A stretch of DNA of 64,000 nucleotides from positions 28,036,057 to 28,100,056 of the forward strand of contig NC_068991.1 in the NCBI RefSeq assembly GCF_001194135.2, in the 5' to 3' direction. Shown here in pieces: positions 12,731 to 26,979 of this stretch (the stretch's first letter is position 1; each line of letters begins with the position of its first letter). The DNA is from Octopus bimaculoides. Its lineage: Eukaryota. Both the position numbers and the translations under genes were made by a program. The notes beneath the pieces are model-generated. The model ran no database searches and was not told where the DNA came from. It worked only from the letters and a program-made list of their open reading frames with translations.

Positions 12731-14030
12731 TAGGGTGGGACAGAGAAGATGGACGTTTTTAAAATGGCTATTACTCAGCCCTAGGAGGAGAGACATGTAT
12801 CTGATAGGTACCATTCGGCCTATGGTGTTTTAGCATTTTTTACCCTTTTTAAGCAAAGCTATATCACTGTAGACAATAGAGTATTGCATGTTTGCTTAAA
12901 ACAGTTACATGAAGAATAACAAGTCTGTCAGCAGTTCAGCATGAGTTTTAGTGACACTTCAGCATTCACCAAAATCAGGTTGTTCCTACCCGTAACACAA
13001 TCTTACTTTGTACACGAGGTATGCTAATGAAAAGACTGGTAGGGGCACTATGAAAGGTATGGACTCCAGAAAATGTAGAACACATCAGACAAGATTTGAT
13101 ACGGAGTCCAAATTGCTCTGCTCAGAGGTACTCTACTGATCTTGACATTGGTAATTGATTGGTAAGGTGTATTTTGCATGAAGACCTGTATTTCCACCCA
13201 TACAAATTGGTCATTGTGCAACACTTGAAACCATTGGACTAGGTGAAGCAGCTTCATGGAAGATGGAAGCAACTTTTGAGCTAAATGACAACCTCATTTT
13301 GTTAATGAGTGATGAAGCACGTTGTCATTTCAATGGCATGGTTAATCAACAGAACTGTCATTCTTGGGCTCTTAAAAATCCAAGAGAACTGCATGAAAGA
13401 TCATTGCACAGCCTAAAGTGATGGTCTGGTATACTGTTGGAAAAGCTGCCATCTTGTTCCTTACATTTTTTAAGACAATAATGGAAATTCTATTACTGTG
13501 AACTCTGAGTGTTACATTGAGATGATAAGCAACTTCTCTCTGCCTGAATTATGATGAAAACATATGTCTATTCAAAGTGGGTGTTTTCAGCAGGATGAGG
13601 TGACAGCCCACACAGCCAGAGCATCAATGGACGTTCTTCGCCCTCTCTTTGGTGCCCTCCTCATTTCCAGGTTTGCTGACATTCCTTAGCCCCCTCGGTC
13701 CCTGATTTGTCTATGTGTGATTATTTCTTGTTGGGAAACCTCAAGGCACATGCGTATGTGCATATGCCCATACATTGGACAATTTGAAGGAAGCTATTCA
13801 CGAAGAAATTGACAGACCAATACTGGAAAAAGTGGAGGCAAACTTCCAAGAACGCCTTCAGAAATGCATCATTGAAAATTGACACCACATGATGGTTGTT
13901 GTTTTCCACACTTAGATTTGACAATTGTTAATTTAATATAAACACATTGATGTCAATAAAATTTGTTTGCAGCTAAAACTAATGAGTACATGAATTTTTC
14001 AAAAACATCCATTCTCTCTGTCCCACCCTG
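12731..14030 (+). mobile_element. Tc1/mariner-superfamily transposon, decayed, present only in unit A
   Basis: about 35-bp TIRs ((c)agggtgggacagag...), TA target site, transposase relics SDEAR, QQD, (W)PPRSPDL, CDYFL; empty site tagatgctagtatgatg at about 32640-32656. Confidence 0.9.
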
Positions 14031-14677
14031 TATGATGTTTACTATTATTTCAATTAAGCATCCATTAGGCTAAACATCTTAAGAACTGTCAATTCTAAAA
14101 CTTCTCACATCTTCTTCACTCTTCTCTTACCTATGTCATCGTCTTCTACCAGTGCATACTACATTTTGTATACAAGTCATTGACTAGAACTAGAACATTT
14201 GTCTCTGCTGCATACATCAGCTGATGTCTTCAATGTCCAGATACATTCTCAACACAGCTGTGCACCATCTTTCATGTGGATTAATGTTACACATTCCATA
14301 CATCATGCATGTGTCATTTCTTTCCAACCTATGAAGTAGATCTTCCATATTCAGTGTCCACATCCACATTCCATAACATTTGGTACCACACATCTCACAC
14401 CAACTTTATGCAGTCTAACTCTACACAAAGAATCAAAATGAACAAGTTCCTCAACTTCTTTTGTCATCCTCCTTATACTAACAACTATTCTTTCTCCATA
14501 TCCAGCCCTTTTGTTAATTCACATATGTATCTATCACACCTCAAGACACCCTACTTATATTTTTTTTGAATTTCCCACTTATTTACTTTACATACATAGA
14601 ATTCCTGTGAACTTTCTTTACTAAATTTGAAATAATACCACTTCTGAGATGAAACTGAGATTTTGCTTTCCCCATGA

Positions 14678-14824
<147 letters not shown>

Positions 14825-17434
14825 ATTGCATTTTCTATGATTTTACTTCCTCTCTCCTTTCAATGTTAACAGGTCATAGGATTGTTCAACCATTGTTAGG
14901 ACAATAAATGTATTTGTATAAAGATAAACTAGGAGTTGGTATATAGAAGTAAGTTACAAAAGGTAACTACAGGTAAATAGAAATAGGTTTCCAGAGATTA
15001 ATAGGCAAGTAGGCAAACATTTAGATGTATGATTGTCATCAATGTATTTGTGAAAAAGGCATATTTATAATATATGCTTTTTACAACTATGGCCATCTTA
15101 CTAGTGTTGGTGCTATGAAAAAGTACTCAGTGCACTCTGTAAAGTGGTTGACATTTGAAACCATGCCAAAGCAGACATTAGTGCAAGATGTAGTCTACTG
15201 ACCTGCTGGATCCTATGAAATTGTCGAACCCATGCCAGCATAGAAGATGCACTTTAAAGGATGATTATACATATTTAAACATAAAAAAAAGCAGGGAAAA
15301 AGATAAACTCGGAGTTGGTATATAGAAGTAATTTACAAAAGGTAACTAAAGGTAAGTAGAAATAAGTAACCAGAAAGAGATTGATTAGTAGGTATAGGTA
15401 TGTTCAGTATGTTAGAATAAGATGCTTTTGTAAACTATGGCCACCTCACTAGCCATGGTGCCATAGAAAAAGCATGCAGTATGCTCTATAATGTGTTTGG
15501 CTTAGGAAGAGCACCAAGCTGTAGAAATCATGCCAAAGCAGACACTGGAGCATAATGCAATCCTCTGGCTTGTTGAATTCAGCCAAATCATCCATCCTAT
15601 GCCAGCATGGAAGATGAAATCTAAAGGATAATTATGCATAATTAATATTAAAAGAAGGAAAATAAGTTGCATAATGCAGACACTATATCTGCTATAAACT
15701 GTACAGATGTGCTAACTATCACGTCATAGCAACATCACAGCAATTTTTTTCTAAATTAAGAGACTTAAATTGAGTTGTTAAACTGATAAACTAGAGACAT
15801 GTCAGTGGGGATCTCAGTCCACACAATATTTCAGGTATACTATTATATATGTAATACATAAGAGAAGATAATAGAGAAGATAATATATATTATCTTCTAT
15901 GTTATAACATACCTGCAAATGCATTGCGTTTTGGACAGGGTGTTGCTGTCATGATCACATGATTGTGGTTTCACAGCACATATATATACGTGTGTGTGTA
16001 TGTGTTTGCGTGTGTGTGTGTGCGTATGTGTGTGTGTATGTGTGTGTGCAAGCACGCATATCTATATGTATATATTGCTATGGGTCATAAATTTGGGAAT
16101 TTTAACTAATGCCGTTTTACGCCTATCCTGTATGTAAAAAATAGAAGCCAATATCATGCCTCACCTTGAATCAAAACAATTACATTAGTGAATTTTTTAT
16201 AAATGAAATCTGCATGTCTAAATACATACAAATACTATATTGTAGGTGCAGTAATTCCACATGTGAAATCAGAACCCTCAAATCCAAACTTGGTAATGTA
16301 TTTTCTAATGATTATTTGATATGAATGTAGGTGTACTCATAAGGTTCAAATGCTCAGTTTGCCTTTAGAATGGTTTCAGTTATGATGGCATTGTGCAGAT
16401 TTTGATAAATTGTTTTCTAACAAAGCAAATTACTGGACTTAAAAATGTATTAAGGTCTGTCAATGTATGCATGAATGTGTGTGTAGACAGCGATATACTT
16501 TGTGGTATAAGGAGATAATCCTTTACAAATCTTACCAGATCAAATTAACCTTTTCCATTTCCAAATTTGATCAAATATTTTACAAGAAACAACAGTGGTA
16601 TCAATATAATCAGCATAAATTAAGACAATGAGCTGGCCAAATTTTTACCACATCAGGCAAATTGCTTAGCAGCATTTCATCAGTTTTTATATTTTGAGTT
16701 CAAATTCTGCCAAGATCAACTTTACCTTTCATCTTTTCGGGGTCGAAAAAGCAAGTACCAGACAAAAGTCAATGTAATCAACTTATTCAATCCCCAGATA
16801 TTGCTGGCCTTGTACCAATAATTGAAGCCAATATAACCAGTGTAAATACCTTTCACCATGGTGCCCCAACATGGCCACAGATCAGTGGCTAAAACCAATA
16901 AAAGAATAAAATAGTATGCATCATTACATTGTACATAACCCCCTTACTTTCTGATCTATGCTCCTTCCTGAGTCACTTCTATCTATCTCACCTTGCCATC
17001 TCTCCATATTGATGTTTCCCATCAAGCATTCTTCCACACTGCTTAGCATTTGCAGCATTCTTCTCAAACCTCATCTACAACCATCTCTTATTTCACACTC
17101 TCATAAAATTACTCATCCTCTTGTCCCCTCTAATTCACCACCTGAGTTCTTTTATATGCTCCTTCTTGTACCTTGAAATTCTACTCCTTGTGACCACCAT
17201 CTCTATCTTCTTCTTTTAATTTTCTTGTCTGCCAAGTTTTGTGGTCACCTCACTTAGTGCCAGGAGCACAAAAAAAGCACTCAGTACACACTGTAATATG
17301 GATGGTATTATTCAGAGTATCCAGTCATAGGAACATTGCAAAAGCTGACAGTGCAGCTTGAAGCACTTTTGTGGTTCATCAGATCCTGTCTGACCATCTA
17401 ATCCAGGGCAGCATGGAAAATAGAAGTTAAAATG

Positions 17435-17559
17435 GGATGATGACGATGATGACGATAATGATGATGAAGGGGATGATGATGATGACAGTGATGATGATGA
17501 CAGTGATGATGCTGATGTCGATGATGATGACGATGATAAGACAAGGATGATCATGACAT

Positions 17560-17604
<45 letters not shown>

Positions 17605-17665
17605 CAATGATGGTGATGATGATGAGGACGATGATGATGATGGCGATGATGATGATAAGGATGAT
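17435..17665 (+). repeat. Expanded (GAT)n microsatellite, tail of an RTE-derived 3' fragment (about 17240-17435)
   Basis: atgatgatg run following ...gcatggaaaatagaagttaaa. Confidence 0.9.
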
Positions 17666-18190
17666 GATGGAGAGTATGATATTGGAAATTCTAATTACAC
17701 AATATTTTCCCCATTACAAAGAGGGAGAAATCATTAAAATTCCTCTAAAGTATAATCAAAAAATTACTATTTCTAAAATGTAAGATCAACAGTTTTAGAT
17801 TATCAATTTAGTTTAACAATTTGGAGAAGGAAGTTGATGATCCTTCATAAACCATGTTAGGCAGCACCATTTTTTATGAGATTCATTTTCTATAAGGTCC
17901 AAAAATCAGAAGTATATTATTACAAGAAATTCTGTAAAGCAAACACCAAATATTTGAATCTCAATAATAAAAGCAAAGTATGGGTATTCCAGAAAGTGCT
18001 AAAGCATTTTATAAGGATTCAAAAGATCATTTGATATATTCAGTGTAAAAAAATGATGAGTGTCATTGTTATCTGTTCCACTGGTCTGAATACAGATTGT
18101 ATAGGGACCATCATAGAGTTGTTTTTAGAACTTCCTTTTTGATATCTGACATCTTGTTCATTCATAAAATTCATTTCTACTTTCCAACAG

Positions 18191-18269
18191 AAAAACTGTC
18201 CTAGGAAGTACCATAAAATAGCAAATCACACAGCTTGCCTTCCGAAATCTAGTCTTGTATTAAAATCTG
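18191..18269 (+). CDS. CAP-EGF-ShKT gene copy B, N-terminal exon KNCPRKYHKIANHTACLPKSSLVLKS
   Basis: tttccaacag acceptor, gtaagt donor; C..Y..HTAC motif typical of the N-terminal extension of invertebrate CAP proteins; phase 1 end joins next exon in frame. Confidence 0.8.
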
Positions 18270-19567
18270 GTAAGTTAATTTCTTTGCTTAAAAATAACCT
18301 TAAATTTCTACAAAATCTAAATAACTAATCATTATTATTATATTTCTACATCAATCAAATCAAATCAGATCTAATAACCGAAAAGTAATGTTTTAAATCA
18401 GTCCAAAAATTGTCCTACACATGCTGGTTTACCAGGTGCATGTTCAAAATCTATTAATTGCGCAAGCTTTTTGTGTATACATTAGAGTACAATGTTTGAA
18501 AGATACTCTTATAGCATAATCCACTATGGATATATGTCAAGGAATGTCATACCAGAGCAAAAAACAACAACACCAATTATGATGCTGACAAATTGAACAT
18601 GAGATCTGAAAGTTTTTCTGTGAATAGTTAGCAAAATCTTTTTTATTAATGATATGAATAGCATTTTACCCTCTCTCTATCACAGCGATATTCTCTGAAA
18701 CATAAAGTTGTGTACCACACCATCTAAACCAACTGGATTCACTCACATTATAGTATATCACACATATATGTGTATTTGTTTATATAACAAAAGAAAATAG
18801 CATTCAGTACATGATATCGAGTTAATATTTATGGAGAATTGGCTGATTGATGATCCACACCTTTCCTACCCAGATTTTCATGAACATAGCATACATGTAC
18901 AATTAATTGCCCATGCTTCCAAACTATATCAAATGAATGGTTAAAGCTGAGTTCACTTTGCACCAGCTAGATTGATTCTCATTGGCCAAGTCAGTCAACT
19001 AAACAAATAGTTTTTAGGGCAGAAAGAGGGCTGTTTCACATCTATATTGTAAGGAAAGTCACTTTGTCAAGACTTATAGTCATTAATGCTCAAGTACTCA
19101 ATGATACTTGTTAGATCTGATAGCTGTGAGATTTCAGGCATTTGTGAGCTCTCAAATAGAAAATTATTTCAATGATGGCAATTAAATCATAGCTCTGTTC
19201 TCTGCCTAAATAATATCGCTGTCTGTTTTACTATATCTGATATATTAACTATATCCTAGGCAAAGCATGCATTAAAGAACAATATGATTTTATTAACAAA
19301 GTGCACGGTTATCTCTCTTAAACCTGAGAAGTCCAATCAGAAATTTCCCAGACTTACCACATACACAACGTGTCACATATTTGATCATGTCACCTACTTT
19401 GACAAGTAAAAGTTAGCACAGCTAATGCACCATGAACACACTATCAACCATTCACCATACATTGCTTGATCAATCATGTGTAAAACTCCAAATATTACCG
19501 TGTGAAAAGTTTTTATAGTTTATATTTTAAGAATATCTAACTTATAAATATCTGTTTCATTGTATAG

Positions 19568-19659
19568 GCATGACAGACAAAGACAGAAAACTTATTTTAG
19601 ATTTACACAATAAATATCGGACAGAAGTTAATCCACCAGCATGTGACATGCTGAAAATG
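19568..19659 (+). CDS. Copy B CAP exon GMTDKDRKLILDLHNKYRTEVNPPACDMLKM
   Basis: gtatag acceptor, gtaagt donor; CAP helix-1 motif ILxxHNxxR..PPAxxMxxM; phase 0 end. Confidence 0.93.
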
Positions 19660-20341
19660 GTAAGTGCACATCGTTATACAAAATTTAAATTTTGTAATTG
19701 ATAGAGTTAGTATCTGAATAAATAATTAAGTGAAGGTGGTTTATCACATGATTTTGGCATGTAAAATCAGTGTAGTTAACAACAAGGGGAGAAACTAAAG
19801 GAATTGTCTTCCAAGATGACCAAATATATATTGTGTCAATGATATATTTAGTAGTAGACATACACAAGAAAATAAATATACATATATAACTTTATTTATC
19901 AAACTATGTCTGTCTGTTAATCTCTCTGTCTGCATGTATGTCTGCATACAACTGGTAAATTACGATATATAATGTAGGTATATGTCTCATGAAGCACTTC
20001 CAGGGACGGTAGTGGTTATCTGAAAGTTGATATGTAAGGATGTGACTGGAAAGGCCACAAAACAACCTTCGAGTTTCATTCAATAAAGGAAATTTTGAAG
20101 AACAGAGTTAGAAAATTGTGTTTATTTCTTAGTTTACAATTGTTTCGGTGAATTCAAGTAAACCAATCTTGTGTGATCTGTTAGCTATGTCACAGCCCAT
20201 GCCAGCTCTTCTGGACTTCGACAAAAGCAACAAACAATTTGATTTTTCAATCTTGCCAAAAATAGTATATACTCAGTAGACATGTAGTATGATATAGTAG
20301 GATATAATATAAAATAATATAATATAATATAATATAATATA

Positions 20342-20387
<46 letters not shown>

Positions 20388-21300
20388 ATGGTGATGGACT
20401 CTGCCATCAAGGACAATGTATGACCATTCACTTTTTACCAAATGGCCGTCACAAATGATTTGTTTATAGTGATCAAATGTTAGTGCCACACATTAGCTCA
20501 TGCTCTCCATCAAATTGGCCTTGTCTGTAGAGGTGCACTGTGCCATGCATTGAGTATTAAAGTGATTGCAGAGATGAAGTGTTTTGCTTTAGAACACAAT
20601 GTACCACCTGGTCTAGAGATTGAAATCACAATCTAGTAATCATGAATGCAACATCCTAACCACTAGGTATATATATATATATATATTGGTTTCACATTTC
20701 AGTATAAGGCAAGCGATGTCAAGGGAGGGGTTAAGTTGATTACTTTGACCTCAATGTTGAGCTGTTACTTATTTTATCCACTCCAAAATGCTGAAATGAT
20801 GAACAGCAATGTTGACCTCAGCAGAATTTGAATCCAGAATATAGAGGCGGATGAAATTCTGCTAAGCATTTTCCCAGTGCACTAACGATTCTGCCAACTC
20901 CGCTTATTTAATACATATATATATATTATTATTGTTATTATTGTTATTATTATTCCACTGTGGTTGACTTTGCCTTTCATCCTTTGAGTGTCGATAAATT
21001 AAATACCAGTTGAGTACTGGGGTCGATGTAATCGATGTAACCCCACCCACCAAATGTCAGGCTTTGTTCCTATAGTAGAAATGATTATAATTATTTATTA
21101 GTCTTATTTTTATTGCGTGCTTTCATTGCACTACTAAGCACAGCTCTGTGTGCCTTGGGTATGTGCTGTGGTTTGTTGTTGTGTTCTTATTTTCATTGTA
21201 TTGAATGTGTTTTACATAGGATGTATGTGGTGCATAGTAGTATAATTTTCTATATGTTATATACACTTGTAAAATAAAACAAGTATATAGAAGTATATAC

Positions 21301-21335
<35 letters not shown>

Positions 21336-21479
21336 TGCTGAGATTGACTTTGCCTTTCATCCTTTTGGGGTCAATAAATTAAGTACCAGCTGAGTACTGT
21401 AGTCAATACGATCGATTATCCTCCTCCCAACAAAATCCAGGCCTTGTGCCTATAGTAGAAAGGATTATTTATACTATTA

Positions 21480-21503
21480 TCATTATCATCATCATCATCA
21501 TCA

Positions 21504-21570
<67 letters not shown>

Positions 21571-21580
21571 CATTGTTATT
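21480..21580. repeat. (ATC)n/(ATT)n microsatellite, one of many simple repeats ((CA)n, (TA)n, (TACA)n, (CT)n) that border most N-gaps
   Basis: direct inspection. Confidence 0.95.
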
Positions 21581-21582
21581 AT

Positions 21583-21960
21583 AGACGTCACACAGTATAC
21601 AATATTGTGAGGTTGTTAATTGAAGATATTGTATCTACTGAGGGTTTGTATTGTTTGTCAAGTTACAACGAGGACTTCAGACAGGCAGTACTTTATGCAA
21701 TATGCGTGCAGTTCCAAGTAATGCTGACTTTTGCAATACATCTAAATTGTAGGGTATTTCTAAGATATTCAGTTGTTTTTTCAGATTGGGTGGTATTGAA
21801 CCCAATGCTTTGATGATAAAAGGGATAACCTTTATGTTCGGCTCTTGTAGTTGCCACACATTAGCAATCTCAATTTTGAGGTCTCCTTATTTATCAACTT
21901 TTTCTCTTTCTTTCATGATGATATGTTGATCTTCTGGCACTGCTATGTCGATTATTAGGC
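21583..21960 (-). mobile_element. R4/Dong-like 3' fragment (RLE end plus UTR) embedded in (ATT)n
   Basis: IIDIAVPEDQHIIMKEREKVDKY...IPFIIKALGSIP...LLGTARILHKVL, flanked by ATT runs. Confidence 0.85.
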
Positions 21961-21992
21961 AATTATTATAATTATTATTGCTATTATTATCC

Positions 21993-22029
<37 letters not shown>

Positions 22030-22377
22030 CATTATATAGTCAGCTCATGATGGAAACATGTAAACATTTGCTCTCATCCAATAGCCAAAGATAAACATCA
22101 TTGAGCATTGTTAGCCGTTTCATGGGTGACATCTTGGTATCTCTACATGCTACAATTATCTTACATAAATGAAGGATCATTATAATGTTTACTACATAGA
22201 TATACCATTTGCAGTTTATACATGTTTGCATTATTGTATTACATGGATGTATAATTTCTTAACATAGCTGAAGCTACGACCCATTATATTCTGTGTTGGT
22301 ACATTTGCAAAAGTGAACAAAATTAGTGATACATTTTCCATTTATTGCCTTGTTGTTGAAAATTTCACATTATTTGT

Positions 22378-22597
22378 NNNNNNNNNNNNNNNNNNNNNNN
22401 NNNNNNNNNNNNNNNNNNNNNNNNNNNNNNNNNNNNNNNNNNNNNNNNNNNNNNNNNNNNNNNNNNNNNNNNNNNNNNNNNNNNNNNNNNNNNNNNNNNN
22501 NNNNNNNNNNNNNNNNNNNNNNNNNNNNNNNNNNNNNNNNNNNNNNNNNNNNNNNNNNNNNNNNNNNNNNNNNNNNNNNNNNNNNNNNNNNNNNNNN
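22378..22597 (+). other. N-gap inferred to hide the copy B YWD...FKH exon
   Basis: left flank 22033-22377 matches 1753-2097 and right flank from about 22760 matches 2704 onward, the sequences bracketing this exon in copy A. Confidence 0.75.
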
Positions 22598-24433
22598 TTG
22601 TATTAACCTTGAAAGGATGAACAGCAAAGCTGATCTTGACAGGATTTGAAAACAGAATGTAAAGAGACATAACTAAATACTATGAGGCACTCGGACAATT
22701 CTGCCAAACCACCATGGAAAGAAACTAATATAAAATATATTTTGGGAATTCTCATCTCATCTCATCTTCCTCGTCCACTTAATCTTGGGATGGTCGTAGG
22801 GACAGAGTCTTCAAGCATGCCTTTCATTGGGTCCTGTTATAATCAACTGCCTCTAATCAATCAGGCTGTATCTCTAAGCAAGATCAACTGAATTCAATGT
22901 GAAAACTTTCAGATGATAAACTTTTAAGTATAAATGTATAGATATTTATATTAATAGGTCCAAATTACAGAACACAAATGAGTGATTTGTATAAGTTGGA
23001 CCTATTAATATAAATATCTATATATTTATACTTAAAAAAAATTCCTTGTCTGAAAGTTTCCACCTTTTGCTTTCTCTTCTTTGGCATGTATACAAAGATG
23101 CATATTTTGTATTTCATACCCAAACTATTATATTTAATATATTTTTATATATCTAATATAATTAATGCATTTAATTTGTTTATCTGTATAATTGACTCTA
23201 TATCTGCTCAACTTGGTCTCTCTTACAGTCATTCTTTACCTTGTGAAATCGATCCCCTGTAGAGACATTGGAAACTAAGTTTCCATTGGAAGCTAACTAG
23301 CTTTTCATGTGTCACTAGCAGGAGACAGTTTGCCTCCGTGAGACCCTGAACTCGAAAGATACTTTTTATATGCCACTATTATGGGTACCAGTTATGTGAC
23401 ACCTGCATCAACCTTGGCAATGATTTCACTTGGTTTGACAGGTCTTCTCAAGTACAGCATATCCCCAAAGACTTTGGTCACAAGTCATTGCCTCTGTGGG
23501 ACCCATGTCTTCCTAGGTCTACCTCTACCACAGGTTCCCTCTACAGTTAGACATTGGCACTTGTTTACACAGCTGCCATTGTCTATATGCATCACATAAC
23601 CATACCAGCACAGTCATCTCTCTTGTACACATCTGATGCCTCTTATGCCTGGCTTTCCTCTCAAGATGTTTGCACTCTCTTGATCATGCATGCTGACTTG
23701 AAGATCTAGTGAAGCATGCTGCCTTCATTTCTTTCAAGCCTATGCATGTCCTTGGCTGTCACAGCTGTGTAGCATAGCTGTTTGCACACAGGCATCATGC
23801 AATCTGTCTTTCACATTGAGGGGAAGGCCTTTTGTTGTCAGCAGGGGTAGGAGCTCTCTGAACTTTACCCAGCCTATTCTTATTCTCACAGCTGCACTCT
23901 CAGAGCATCCACCTCCATTATTAACTTGGTCACCTATATAGCAGAAGCTATCAGCTAACTCTAGCTTACCCACCTGGCAATTGATGGAGACTATTTTCTG
24001 TATATTTTCAATGCTTATTGTACCTGCCCATTTTCCACCAATAAAAGCCATTTTCCCTGTTGACAACCTTCCTCTGATATTGCTGTACCTCTTATGTGTC
24101 CATAGCTTACATCAGATATATCTTATGGAGTTTCTACCTACGCTTTTTCTACAGATCAAGCAGGGCCATCTACCTGAAGGGATTTGTGATTTGTCTGCCT
24201 TCCTACTTACTAAGAATTATATGTCTATATATGTATCTTTGATCTTTTACTGGTTTCAATCATCAGACTGCAGACATGTTGAGGTGCCACCTTCAAGAAT
24301 TTTTAATTGAATGAATTAACTCCAGTGTTTTTCGAAAAACCTGGTACTTATTCTATAGGTGTATTTTACTGAACAACTAAGTCACAGTGACGTAAACACA
24401 CCACAATCGGTTGTCAAGTAGTGCTGAGGACAA

Positions 24434-24507
<74 letters not shown>

Positions 24508-24528
24508 ACACATACACACACTCACATG

Positions 24529-24561
<33 letters not shown>

Positions 24562-24563
<2 letters not shown>

Positions 24564-25835
24564 CAATATAAGCAACAGGATATCAAGAGGTGATGCAGTA
24601 CGACCATTACAAGGAGCTCCATTTAATTGAACAATGCAATCCTCAGCTGCATGAATAAATAGAATCTTTTAATCAGTTGGACACATTAATATAATTTTAC
24701 TCAAATTAATTCTAGTGTCATATATGATGTGAACTTACCCACTAGTATTATATATAAGTTATATATATTTTCTTATTATTCTCTATAATTTCTTACTATT
24801 GTGTTTTCTTATTTTGATATCTTTACCTATTAACCTTTTATCTCTTCTAAGTTATTAAATTTTTTAAAGGGAAATATAAACTTTCAAGCTACTTAAGTCT
24901 AGAAGAGATGATTATAACATATCCATAATAAAGTCCATATATTTGTGCATAGTTGCATGTGTGCACATAGTTAAATATATGTATGTATCTGTGCACAACT
25001 TATTTTTCCAGTTTTTTCTCTCATTCTTAGCTTATAACTAATATAAAGATAGTATGATTTATCATCCCAGTATTCCATAAGTAAATACCCAGAGCAATCT
25101 TTATAGAAACCACCTTATAAGTAAATAATTAAGTACAGGTGTGAATATTAAACTAATTCTATGTAATCTTCCCTTTCTAATGTTGAAAATTGGTATATAT
25201 TCACAGTTTATCTATTCTGGTTATAATATCATTTTTAATAATCTTAAATTTTATCTTCATACAACATAACAATATTGTTTATATACATTCATCCATTGTA
25301 CCCTGTGATAATTTCCTCTGTATTAACATCATAGGTTTTATTAGCGTCTTGCCCCTTTCACTGGTAATTAACATCTTGATTTAGGGTCTTCCCCTACCCA
25401 GCCTCCTTATAGACAATTACTTATACGTTTCCTAAAATCTCAACATGATTTATGACCATACCCAACTATAAAATGTCAACTCACTCTGTCTATCCATTCT
25501 AAACTGATACTGTCCTCTAGCCTTAGATTTGATAGTTGATTAAAAAAAAAAAGACTAATAAATTAAAAGTGAAACACAATCATTTACAAGCTATGACCCT
25601 AACAAACTTCATATAGCCCTTAGAAGTGTAATATATTCTGAGTTACATTAGTAGCAACATGGACTTTCTCCCTCTTCTTGCTTTATTAGAGAATTTGAGT
25701 AAAATTATATTAATGTGTCCAACTGAGGATAGCCCTGCATTTAAATTGATGTAATGATTGCATTGTTCAATTAAATGGAGTTGCTTGAAACGGTCGTACT
25801 GCATCACGTCTTGATATCCTGTTGCTTATTTTGAT
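24562..25835. mobile_element. Non-autonomous TIR element (about 140-bp imperfect TIRs), unit B only
   Basis: ataagcaacaggatatcaagaggtgatgcagtacgacc... mirrored by ...ggtcgtactgcatcacgtcttgatatcctgttgcttat; no long ORF inside. Confidence 0.8.
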
Positions 25836-26103
25836 TTTATTCACCTTACTTTGAGTTGTACAGATAATACTGCACTGTCTTGGTGCTCCAACTTAAGTAC
25901 CTAATTCAACTGAATCTCAATTATTTATGTATATATATACATATATGATGAACTTCTTTCAGTTTCCAACTACCAAATCTACTCAAAGTTTTGATCAGTC
26001 AGAGGCTTTAGCAGAAGACACTTGTCTAAGTTGCTATGCAGTCAGACTAAACCCGGAACCATGTGCTTGCGAAGCAAGCTCCTTATCACAAGCAACACCT
26101 GTA

Positions 26104-26134
<31 letters not shown>

Positions 26135-26518
26135 ATGCACTCACTAATAATTTGTTGTAGTTATTAGGTCAAAAGGAGGTTAGCTAATGAAGGTGTTGAT
26201 GATGGTGGTGTATTCTTTTCTAAGTAGTAAGGAATTGACTCTGAACAATTTATTTTTTTGCATGGACTGAAATCTAAATCAAATACAGTTTGATTTAATA
26301 CTTGCACATTTGTGCAAGTAATTGGCATTGAACAATGTCATTTTTACTGCCACCACTAACATAATTACTAACTACAAACAAACAACAATCATGACAGGCA
26401 ACAACCAAAAATCATCAGCATTGACACCATCATCAATTTTTCATTGTCATCTCATTTTTTTTCATTTTTTTCTGGCTTTTTTCTTTATCTCCCATTCTCT
26501 GTCTCTCTATCTCTTTCC

Positions 26519-26597
<79 letters not shown>

Positions 26598-26979
26598 TCT
26601 ACTCCCTCTTCTTATATCTCTCATGAGCTACTTCCCTTAACATGATGCAGGAAGTAGGTAGGAACATATTATTGTACTAATGCATAGATGATTATGCCCT
26701 GTCATATAAAATCTGCCTTATCCCATATTATGACATTGCAATAAAGAGTACATACATCAGAAGAATACTAAACCATTCAAATACTAATTCAATGAGTCGA
26801 GTAGCTTAGTTGATCAAACACTTTCACAGTCATAAAATCAGATTGAGATGTATTTACTATTTACTTTTAATCTCATTATAAAGCGATAATTAAATGATTA
26901 CTGGAAAGAAAAGAAATTTGGCTCAGTCATGACAATACAAAATTTGACAGTTAAAGTTATTTCGAATATTTTTCTTTAG

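Noticed and set aside
15799-15834. MSVGISVHTIFQ mini-exon as first exon of gene B
   Set aside because: Weak donor (gtatac), not a signal peptide, and neither ATG nor donor is conserved in the paralogous flank at about 34390-34425.
17547-17783. Poly-Met/Asp/Ser ORFs
   Set aside because: Translation of a (GAT)n retroelement tail; the same applies to poly-I/Y/N, HT/CV/YI and SL/ER ORFs from other microsatellites.
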